Positions 37,800-49,522 of a stretch of DNA of 64,000 bases are shown here, piece by piece. The first letter of the stretch is position 1; every line of letters begins with the position of its first letter. The stretch is taken from positions 23,436,001-23,500,000 of the forward strand of contig JAQFVV010000004.1 of assembly GCA_028023455.1 (NCBI GenBank), read 5' to 3'. The notes under the pieces were generated by a model, which saw only the letters and a list, made by a program, of their open reading frames with translations, made no database searches and was not told where the DNA came from. Origin of the DNA: Epiperipatus broadwayi (taxonomy: Eukaryota; Animalia; Onychophora). The translations under genes and the position numbers were made by a program.

Positions 37800-40700
37800 A
37801 ACTAATCTATCAACTATCAGACAAAACACTTCTCTCCCACTAGGTTTTTTAAATTTACTTATTTATATTATAAATAGACATTTGACACACATTACGCCAA
37901 ATTACTAAACAATAATTGGATTACGGCTGGGTGGATTTTGAGCTGCCTATTTAAATTTAAAAAAATTCCATCTTCCATTTAGATTCAAACCCAAGTAGCA
38001 AAGATATCAGCCGAATGTGTTAATCATAATATCATAAAGTCCTTAGAATACTTATATGAGTTAATATAAAATTAATAATTAAAATAAAATACTATAATGG
38101 CATACATTTCACATTCAAGAGTGCTTCTGTTTTTTTAGTGATCACTTAACCCCCTTTTATTTTTAAAAACACACACATTTGTACTTGCTTTTTAATCTCA
38201 TATATTAGATAAATACGCACAGTTCTAGCATCTCTTTTATTCAATATATATAAAATATGTAAAAAAAAATATCATTTATAATCAATTACTTTTCAAAAAA
38301 AGTCTTAAGCCAGCAGAGGCTTTTCATCTCATGAATGAGAATAAGTCTTAATTATTCAAATCCACATTCTGAGAATTGATTCAGAAATTAAATTTTAAAA
38401 ATAGACAAGAGGAAACAATTAATTTAATGAACTTCAAAACATAGAAATCATATTAAGACCATTTTAAAAAAAATTTAAAATTAAAAACAACAATATATAT
38501 ATTTAATGATGAACATAATTATAGCGAAATAAATTTGTAACAATAAAATTTAACCTTTTTTAAAAATAAAAATCAATTTACCCCCACCCCCTTCATTTAA
38601 ACTTAATTTATTGTATTTAATGTAAAAAATATTATTATTTTTTCCTGATATAAATTCATTATTATTATATAGACTAAGTGAAGATGAGCTAATAATCCTT
38701 TGTGAAAGATCTTGTGTTGACCAAACTTCCTGAGACATATAAAGTTAAGTTTATTGATTCTAAAGAAGTTTCAGGCAATGGTCGCTGTTATATAAAAAAG
38801 ATACATGTAAATTTTTTTATCAAAATTTATGTTGAGATGCAAATATGTCTTAAATTCTTCCTGCACACATTTATAAGCATAAATTGGGTCTGCATTCTTA
38901 TTGAAATCTGTATTTTAAGATGGCAATTATTTCCCATCCATTGGGAGTTTGAGCATAACTTCCAAGTTATTTTTTTTAAATAAAAAAAGCGAATCATATG
39001 AAAAAAAAACTGCTAGTTTTACTTACTTTTTATCATTGTTTTATCTTTAGATATCACAAGTTTCAGTGAAAAGTTTGTTTTTGTTCTACTCTATTAGGGG
39101 TTGTAATAATCTTACACAATGTTGCTAGATTGCATTATATTAATGTTACCAATATTTTCATCATTTATAAAGAGGTATTAGTACTGCCTTCAATTGATTA
39201 AATCTAGTAATTAATTTGAGTAATTAGTTTGCATAAAGCAGTCAGATTATAAGCTAAAACTTTTTGTCCAAAATGCAAATTAAGATAGAAGACAAAAATA
39301 ATATTAAAGTCTGTGAGGAAATTAAACACTGTGGCATTAATGACCATGAAATAATAATAAATTTGCTAATATTATAGTAAATGCTTACAAATATCATCAT
39401 TAATCCAAAAAAGATGACTAAGCATGGCCAACAGAAATAAGTGTTTTAATGAACTAATAAATAAATTATATTAAAGAAGTTTAATATAAAGGACAGTGAA
39501 AAACATACCAAAAAATATTCTTAGTCGCAATGACGTCCTATGTGATTAAGCAAAGTCATAGAGTGATTGGAAAAAACATTAAAAGTCACTAGAATCATGT
39601 TAGAATGTCACATGATTTCTTGAACAATTAACATCTTGATTAGTAGGAATGAAAATAAGTTATGAGAATGTTCTTGCAATGTATGCCTGTATTTTAAAAA
39701 GCATATAACCACATTCTAATTATTATAATCAAGTCCATAAATTAGAAACACTTTTAATTATAGATCTTATTCTAATGCACATTAAAGAGGTATTAACAAA
39801 TAAATATATATCAAGATTACTGTTTTATTCATTGGTAAGAAATCAATTTAAGACTGTTGTAGTGATAATAAGATTAACAATAAACATTAAAATTTAACAG
39901 TTCAGATTTATGCCATTATGCTGCAACTTTCTGTCTTCTAACTGAATAGCTTTAAAAGAAATATATGACTGACTGGGCATCTTGGAGACAATTATCTCTT
40001 TCCGATGTTTTTATTATTTCAAGAGTATGTGTAGTGGAGTGGAAGTTTTAAATATATTTTAAAAAGATATTACCCATGAAAAATGAGATAACATTATAAA
40101 TCATTAAAAACTAGTCAACACTTAGACAATCCCAATATCAATAACAATCAGCAATTTCAAACTGTTGTCAAGACAACCTCCTTTTAACAATAAGTGAAAT
40201 CCCAGTTTTATTAATGGTCTAATATACTTATAAAGACACTAAAGATTGCATCTTGACCACAGAGATTTAAATTATTGATACAAAGAAGTTTAAATAAGCT
40301 TCTTTAAACTGGTAAATATAACCTATTCTGAATGCAGACTAATAAATAGTCAATTATAACATTACAAACTGCAATTATAAATTTCAAACTACACCCAAAG
40401 TATTACTTAAATAATATATATAAAATAATAATAAATATAATGGGAATAATATATAGTATTATAAACAACAACAAAAAAGGTGATATATACATATGAAGTC
40501 AAAACTACTAATTATGCATAAATATGATAAGTTATATATATATTGTAACCATATATTTTAGTATAAAATATATTAATTGATGTAACTGGTATAAAAATTT
40601 CTCTTTCTTCTTTTGGTGATTTGATTGGCTTGATTTGCACTTTGAACAGATTACTTTCTTATATTATTTTAATAAATTTAAAATTTGCTTCTTCCCATAT

Positions 40701-40879
40701 ACTAACTCATATCATAATGTTTAACTTTTTAAAAAATTTACAACACATTAAAATTTGGTAAAATATTATAAATAATAATATTTTATTTTTATTTGTTTAA
40801 AATGATCTTAAATTATTATTTTTATTGAATTAACAAAAAACCATTTGTTCAATTAAAATAAATTATTAAAAATAAATAC

Positions 40880-41230
40880 AGTAATTACGTATGCGTCTCA
40901 ATGTAATAAAAGAAAAGAGCGCGAATTTAAGAGAAGATCGTCTGGTTAGTTTGCTTTTGGAGGGAGAGAGAAAGAAAAGAAAATGGTAAAGGCAAATGGT
41001 GTAAATTTGCTAAGCTTATTTTAAAATAGTTAACAAGTAAACTGATTACCACAAAATTTGCTATAAACGTAAAAATAACCTAGTGGTATTTAATTAAGAT
41101 GAATTGCTAAATTTTAAAAGTCTGTTCAAGTCGGCTGGCCAAGTGGATCAAATCACCGGTAATAATTTCCCAATATTACATTTAAAATGTCGGAGCTTCC
41201 CAGTTTAAAAGAATTTATTGCAAGAGTTTG
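40880..41230 (+). promoter_or_regulatory. Candidate promoter / first exon of an unidentified plus-strand transcript
   Basis: TE-free, CpG-retaining stretch. ATG at 41187 opens MSELPSLKEFIARV and runs into a donor-like TG|gtatgt at 41230/41231. No downstream exon identified. Confidence 0.3.
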
Positions 41231-44200
41231 GTATGTTTTAAAATGTTTATTATTCTACAATTTGGAAAAATTAAATAAGTGTTTTAGTTACGGAAGTTTT
41301 ATGAATACGAAAATTTGCTTTTTAAAAAAGAAGAAGTTTAAATTCAAGTAAAATGTTAAAGTTATCAATATAGTTTAATATTTCCATTTCCAATTCTAAT
41401 AAAAATATAGTATTGATTGATATTTAACTTTACAATGCCAGTAATTTATTTGCTAGAATTTGTTTAACATTTGGATAATAAACCATCTTCAAATAATTAA
41501 TCAAAGCTATTTTCTAATTTTATCGTCAGTTTGGAATGATTAAATTAATTGCTATAATTGTTATTCCTAGATTTAAGCGTGGATAAATAAATATTTAGCA
41601 TGGATGTGAGAAACTTGGAACATTTTAATAGAGAAATGTAGAAATTAATAACTTTTGAAAAACATTTTCATTTAAATTCTGCTTGTCATGTTTTGAAATT
41701 GTTTCTTATTTATGGAGCCACGTAAATCGTTAATCTAATAGTGATTATGATAACTAACACAAATGGATAAAATTACATGTATGGAATTCAACTATAATTA
41801 TAGCTATTACTTCGTACATTTATTGTTCGACACATCGTACCTGGATTCCACGGATCGTATTTGGAGTTATAAATGCTATACAATCTAATTTGTGACACAC
41901 ACACCTGCTAAAATTTATGTATTGAACTATAAAATGCTATACATTTAATTTATATCACACACACACCCATTGGATTTTATGTATTTGACGAATAATTCAT
42001 TACTTTAATTTTATCGTTATATGAACTTGCATGTGAAGTTCATAAGTTATATTTTATTAAGTTTAAATTAATAGGGGTTGAATAAAATACTTATTCAAGA
42101 GAATAGCGCTTGCGAAAAGGGCTTGAAAAGTACTAAATGAATTCATGAGATGTATCAATCTTTGTGGGGTATTTTGTGAGTCTTTCCAGATTTATATTCC
42201 TATGCTAATATTACTTATATTGCATTACACATATGTTTTATTTTAAGTAAGATAAATTAGTACATTAGTTGTCCTGATTAGTGTAACATTTTATTATGCA
42301 AGAACCCACATTTGCTAAAGTGTTAGTGTTTTCTGAATGATCAGAGTAACTGAGGAGGATGATTTTGCACTTTAATGTGAAGTAAATAGTAATGTTGTTT
42401 TAGAATGTTAAAAGGCATTAATCTGTGCTGGTGGTTAATCCGCAGATTATTTAATTGCCATTTTTTTTGTATTTTACACTCATTCCAGCGCTGGTGGTTA
42501 ATCCGCGGAATTGTGTAATTATACGTATTACTTTATGATGGTGTATCAATCCACAAAGCGTTTAGTTTTATTTAATTCCTATGTGTAGATGAACGCATCC
42601 ACAGGAATATGTTTTACTTCATAGATATAAGTTGGGCAAAGTATTTAGTTAATCAGCTAAATCATCTTCTTCCATTTGTAAACATAATTCATAAATTAGA
42701 TCGTCAAATTGTAGAAGGACATTCTATTCAAGTTACTTCATAATAATTAACTGTCGGTTGATTATTATTTACCGGAGTGTAAGTTTACATTTTCATTTTA
42801 TTTAATGAGTACATTATAGCTAAATCCTACAGATATAATATTAATTATTATATTATTATAATTTTACGGTATGGATTTATTGAATCTGGAAATGACGTTA
42901 AATACTTCATGAGTTGATGTTGAATTTGGTATAATTTGCTCAAGATTCATTATATCAAATTGAAATAAGGTATGATTAGGTTTTTAAAACCGTACCTATG
43001 ATATGCTTGTGAAGAAAGTCGATGGAATTATAATTTATTTATTTTATTTGTTTATTTATGTTTTTTAATTATAACATTGGAATTAATTATTTATTATTCA
43101 TAAATTTGTAAATAAACGTTGATTTATAATTAAACTTACTGTGCCGTTGCTATGTGTCATTCTTAAAATCAGAAATCATAAACCTTGGATAGAGCATACA
43201 TAAAGTACATACTATCGTCAACATGATATAAGAGTTTAGTAATATTTGAGAAATCATTTAGATGCTTCGTCTTTGGTAGTTTATGATGTGTAAGGTACTA
43301 TAAAATCCCATTTACCTTTTCCATCATTTTGGCTTTGCGTAGTTGATTCTAGTATACAATATAAATTAATTATTAAACTTGTAAACAGATTTACCAAATA
43401 ATGACACGATTAAATATATTTACTTAACGTTTTAAATTGTCATTTGTCAATATAATAAGAGTCTCAATGATATAGTAAACTATAAAAGAACCCAAGTATT
43501 TATGTTTATTTATTGCAAAGCTTTACCTGGACTAGCATTTGTATTAGAAATCATATAGATGGTTTAAAATTTCATAATCGTATGTAGTTTTACAAATTAT
43601 GCCATCTTGTACATGGTCGGCCATCGGGTCTCATACAATAAAAATTGCAAATTAAGGTTTAAAAATAATAACATTACACTTATAATTTGATTAAAGTATT
43701 TTATCATAATACTATGGTAGTTCTTCGTGGTACACCCTGGCTGCGATCAAATTAAATCATAAAAAAGTTTAGGTTAGATCATTAGTTTGGTCTGTGGTAA
43801 GTTGCCCCAGATGTTGATTGTGGTCTTTTGTGCATAAAATAGATAGCATGATATGCTTTTGGATACAGCTCTTAAAAGCTGACAATGTGCAACGGGAATT
43901 GATCAGTGATAGAAGTTACGATTCTTAGTGCATTTGCGTTATGTAGTTGGGACCACACAATTTACGGTTACAATTTTGAGTGCCGCAACGGGTTCGGCAC
44001 GATGGGTAGTTGAAGGGGCGAGCGGTTGGTTACAATATATATCATAGTGAAAAATTATGTCATGATGAAAGTGATAAGTCACAAAAATTGAAGTATTTAC
44101 AAAAGAATTGCTTCAAGTTGGTTATAATATTAAATACATTTATTACACTTATGTAAATTTAAAAAGAAATATATTACTTTAAAAAAGCTGAAAATTAATG

Positions 44201-47041
44201 ATAAAAATGGATTTCTATTCCATATATTTTAAATGCTCAAGTTAAATTTTAAAAAAAATATATACAGTATATAAGGATTTATTTAAGGTTTCATATAATG
44301 TTAGTAGATTGGTGAATAATTCTAAAAATGGCATATCTTTCAAACAAAAAGATAATGTTTATCAAATTTTATGTGGAAGCATGGCTTCTTACACAGGGGA
44401 ATCGAGATGTAGTCTAAAGAAAAAGATTAAAAGAGCATAAATCATTATATAAGCTTATAAAAATAAGAGTAATAATGATTTAATAACACCTTTTTTTTCA
44501 TTGATCATGAAAAAACATATAATTTTACCATTAATTTTAAGATTCTTCATGAGGAAAGAAACCATAATAAAAATAAATAAATTAAGAAGGCAATCTTTCA
44601 TAAATAGAAATAAAATGTCTATAATTAATCACAATCTGTTAACATTAAAATACAGGAATCTTGATACATGACTTACTGATGTTAACTCTCACTATATTTG
44701 AATTAAATGACAATTGAAGACGATTAACTGAAAGTCCTTCTGTGGATTAAAATACTTTTTATAATATATTATCATTATTATATTCGTTATTACTTTTTAT
44801 TATAATATTTATTACATAATGCCATTTTATTTTATTTATATATAAATAGGAAATTAATCCAATGTACATCACTAGTGAAAATACATATAAAATGTCAAAT
44901 CGTTCTCTCACATGTCATGTTTTTCAAAAATGCTATTAAATTTAATTTTCATGCTTCCTGTTAAAATAATTTTATATTTCAATACATTGTAGCAAATTAT
45001 CAATTCACAAGGTGGCATTGCTGAAAAAAAACATAACATTTGAAAGAATGATTTGATATTTTACATATGTATAACATATTAATCTTTAATTGAGTTTGAA
45101 GTTTATATCTGAGTTAAGGATAATCTCTTAATAAATAATTAGTAATAATCATTAATAAGTATATCATTATTGTACTTATATGAAGTAGTTAGTATCAAAC
45201 TTGTTAGTGCAGAAAGTCTGACATTTTTAAAATCAAAGTATAATAATTTAATATTTGATAAATTATGAACAAAGATATAAATAAGATAAAGACCTGGATC
45301 AATTGATGAATGCTGATTCATCATAAAATGCCAAACCTGAATGTCATTTGCCTTTTTTAGATGTCTTTATTCATATTTTTAAAAATATGCAGAGATTTAA
45401 AGTTTATATTTGAGCTTGGGATAATCTCTAGTTTAAAAAATGATTAGTAATAAACACTAATATATTTATCTTACATGGTTAATGTGAAAATTGAGAGCAT
45501 TGAAACATTGACTCTTGAAAACCAAAGTATATATATTAAAACAAATTTTCATAGACTACAGATATAAATGACATATTATCCAGGATCATTTATGTATAAT
45601 ATATTGTACTAATAATATATATTGATACTTCAGTTGTATCACACTGGCCACCAACTGGGTAATGAATATTATAAAAATAGTTGTAGAGATAGTTTAAATG
45701 TTGAAGTACAACAAGTTTGAAAGTTCTAATAGAAAATATGTAGAAATAATACAAATCAAAAACTATTTAGATTAATGGATTTTAAAAAATTCTTCCAAAT
45801 TGAAAATATTTTACATGCATCATCAAGTTTATTGATAGGATCTGGTCTTTTAAGAATTTCAGTAGCTACTCTTTCTTTATATTGTTAGAGTATGTCACAC
45901 CTTGATAGAATTCTGGTGTCATAGAAATTAATACTATGACCACATCAATAGCATGGAGTGAGAATACTGCTTAATTTCATTAGCATTTTAATCTCTTTTA
46001 CCACTTATGTGATGATTCCTCTTGCCTACATAAGCTCTACAGATTGCAACCTGAAATCTCATAAATTCCTCGGGCTTCAGGAGGAAGTGAGTCTTTAGGA
46101 TTAGATAGAATATTACTAATTTTTTGTTAAATAACATATGCTCTTTTTATATTATAACATTTTAGAATATTTTCTCTATAGTTTTCTTATATAAGGAATC
46201 CACACTGTAATAGTTATTTATTCTTTTTGTTTCTTCATTTTTATTATTTAGGATTTGAATTAAGACTTGGTATATAGTTCAATTATTATAACCATTAGCT
46301 AATAAGACATTATTTACATGTTTTACTTATTCCAGATTATATTAACAATTGTAAAGTACTCTTCTATTTGAAAAAAAAAACAACAACTCAATTTAAAGTT
46401 TTTAAATGCTTTTATTGAAGTTGAAAAATGTTTGTTAAGTTTGACTTTTTTCAAGTTAGAATAAAAATTTAAAATTAAAGTTTAATATATTTACATTCAA
46501 TTATTTGAAATTTGGTATATAACTAAGTATTACCAGTCCAATCCATTTGGAACACTCATCTTTTCAGTAGGCCACTTAGTTTCATAGGTATAGAACATAA
46601 TGAAGAAAAATATTAAAATTATTCAATAATTTCACATATAGTTAAAAATTCTTCTTAGAACTTTCATTTGTTTTAAAAAAATTTCATGAGAGGGTGGTAT
46701 AAAGATTTTTTTCTTTCAATTTCATATTTTTTTAACATTTTAAAATCAATATTTAACAGACTTAAGTTCAATATAATTTGTTGAAATTTTGTACATTTGT
46801 TTAAAATGTATAGAAGTGATATAATATATTAATTTTTTAAATGTGAATTAGTTTTTTAATTAGGAAACATGTGGGAAATTTTTTAAATGATTGCCATCAA
46901 TTTTAGTTATGATTTAAGTAATAAGAAAGTTAATTATAATATAGAAAACAATACAGAAAAGTAAAACAATTTCTTATATATATAATTATATACATATAAT
47001 AAATATGATATATACATAAAGAATATATCACATAATATTAA

Positions 47042-47315
47042 ATCATCCATGGACTTTACTATTGTTACGCAATGTTTTATTTACCATCCTCTTTTACAGT
47101 TTACAGTTTCAATTGCCCCTGCAATCTTCTTCAGAACTTTTATATCTCTGAACTTCAACTTCTAAATTCAAATTTGGATTTCAATTTAGAAGTTGAATTT
47201 AAAAGTTAAAGTTAGAGGATATAAAAGTTCTGAAGAAGATTGAAGAAGCAATCAAAATTGTAAAAGAGAGTGGTAACTAAAGCATTATGTAACAGTAGTA
47301 AAGTGCATAGATGAT
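47042..47315. mobile_element. Foldback MITE (about 274 bp, near end-to-end palindrome)
   Basis: atcatccatggactttact...caatcttcttcagaacttttatatc pairs with gatataaaagttctgaagaagattg...agtaaagtgcatagatgat. One arm recurs at 12271. Confidence 0.85.
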
Positions 47316-47581
47316 TTAATATTATATGGTATATGTTTGGCAATGTAATAAGAAAGAGTAGTTATTATACTTCTTGAAGAATATAAAGAATACACATATT
47401 AACATACTGCAGAAATATCTAGTGATATACATACACCACATGTGTGAAATTGATTTAAAGTAAAATTATATTGTATTAAGATATGTTCATTTACAATATG
47501 GTTTTGGGAAGCTTTTTTTTTTAAAAAATAAAAACTTTCTAAGCAAAGTAAAAATGTTAAACACTTTTTATGTAAAAGGAC

Positions 47582-47790
47582 AACCATAATTGGGGTTTTT
47601 AGATTTAACTTGAAATAAAAGCATGGGAGTCCAGAAATTAATTAAGTCAATCCCTACTTCTATAATAAGGGACTGACAATTTCTGGACTATCATGCTTTT
47701 ATTTCAAGTTAATTCTAAAAATCCCAAATGTGGTCGAAGAAACAATTATTTTTTTTTTACTGCATGGTCAATAAAAGCATTTAATATAAA
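47582..47790. mobile_element. Foldback MITE, family 2 (left outer arm missing)
   Basis: Palindrome centred on caatccct-acttctataata-agggactg. Homologous to 56283-56567. Confidence 0.85.
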
Positions 47791-48379
47791 CCTTTTTTTA
47801 TCTCTATTATTTATTTCTTATTTTTCTGTTTTTTTATTGGTAGAATTTTCAATCTTGTTATACATCAATGTTTACAGCATCTCTACAATCATTTTTAAAA
47901 TATTCATTACTCAGTTAATGGAGGTATGACCCAATCAAAACATTGCTATATATTTTTAGGACAATAAATTATATATGGATAAACCTGAATATCATTTGTA
48001 GTCCTAATTTATTATACATAATTAGCAAAGCAATACATTTTTAAATAAATCATGATATTAATTTGTTAAAATATTGATCAAAATTTATTTTAAGTTAAGT
48101 GAATTATAATAAAATGTGGAATTTTGATTTTCATTTATAAATATTTCTTACAATAACTGATAATCCAATGAATATATTCTTCCATTTTAAAAAATTAAAT
48201 ACATGAAAGTATGTAAAATAGTACAAAAAATAAAAATAAATCAATGATAATATTAGCAAGAAAAGTTATAGAAATAACAAAAATCTCAAAAATATAATAC
48301 AGTATTTTGGCATTAAAAAAAGAAAATTATTTCAATAATAATAATAAGAGATGGTACTATTAGTAAAAAGAGAGATAAG

Positions 48380-49312
48380 TAATAAAAGACACAAAAACAA
48401 AAATAATTTCTACAATTACAGAATCTTTTGAAATATCAATTAAAAATAAAGAGATGAGACATGCAATCAAATCTATAAAGATTGTATAATTTCCAGGAAA
48501 TGATGAAATTAGTATTGCCATTTTTAAAGAAGGTGAAGAAATATAGAAATTGCTGGCAAAGTTATATAACAAATGTTTAAATAATGAAGATATACCACAT
48601 AACTGGAAAAATAATGATATTACTGAAATTTAAAAACTGTGAAAAAGATAATAGAAATTATGAACTCATTTTTCTGTTCTTCAGTGTAAGGTCTTTATTA
48701 AGTTCATTATACTTACCTACAAAGAACTTTGAACTCAAATCAACCAAAAGAAAAAGTTATATTTAAAAGAAATTTTGAGAAATTGCAGAAAGAACTAATA
48801 GATATAAGTTGCCATTACGCTTTGATCTTGTAGATTACGAAAAGACATTTGATTTGAAGAATTCTACAATAACTAAAGCATCAAATGATCAAGATATACA
48901 CTCAGTAAATTGTCAAATTTTGAAAAATATTTATCAAAAAGCAACAATAATGACTAAGATTAACACTGATAGAATGTATGATAATGACATTTCACATCAT
49001 CAAATTTTTTAGTAGCAATTTTATAAGAAATATTATGTAGACTAAATTGGGAAGCTAACGGAATGAAAATAAATCAGTTTTCATTTAAATCATCTAGATT
49101 TTATAGATGATGTTTTTAGAAAAATATTCTTTCAGAGCTTCAGAAAAGAACTATCAGATAAAAGCAAAAAAGTGTAACTGAAGATACATTTGAAAAAAAA
49201 CAAAACAAAATAATGATTAATGACATTCACAAAATCAAAAAATATACAATAGATTGATAATAATGAATTAAAAGAAGTTATTAATTACAAAGATTTTAGT
49301 CAGATTGTTAAT
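48380..49312 (+). mobile_element. RTE-clade LINE, 5' part (RT), interrupted by the Penelope-like element
   Basis: PGNDEI, LAKLYNKCLNNEDIPHNWK, PLRFDLVDYEKTFD and KTKIMIN...ELKEVINY...QIVN. Confidence 0.85.
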
Positions 49313-49415
49313 TATATAATTTTAAATCTTCTCATTCGATAATTTAATTTATAAACCAATTAAGCGTATGTCACGCTTGAATGTGAAGCTATAATAATAT
49401 ACAGGAATTAATATA

Positions 49416-49456
49416 CGCTTAGCGCTTTCGAGGTCCTTTACCTCATATTCATAGCG
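49416..49456 (-). ncRNA. Minimal type I hammerhead ribozyme with A3-U8 core variant
   Basis: Minus strand: CGCU-AUGAAUA-U-GAGGU(AAAGG)ACCUC-GAAA-GCGC-UA-AGCG. Stem I CGCU/AGCG, stem II 5 bp, palindromic AGCGCU stem III, CUA cleavage triplet (cut between 49420 and 49419). Confidence 0.8.
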
Positions 49457-49522
49457 ATGCTGTGAGCTGCAAAATGTAAAAATGGAGCGGGAGAAGTGGT
49501 ATGCAAAGCATATGCAAATGGG

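Noticed and set aside
38640-38785. Minus-strand exon candidate RPLPETSLESINLTLYVSG...
   Set aside because: It has a plausible acceptor but stops in all three frames before any good donor, and shows no TEP similarity.
44678-44728. 51-nt minus-strand micro-exon with a gtaagt donor
   Set aside because: Weak polypyrimidine tract, phase 1-1 is incompatible with the phase-2 start of the 22756 exon, and there is no recognisable similarity.
45636-45660. Plus-strand second exon for the MSELPSL candidate
   Set aside because: Poor acceptor context and only 25 nt; no independent support.
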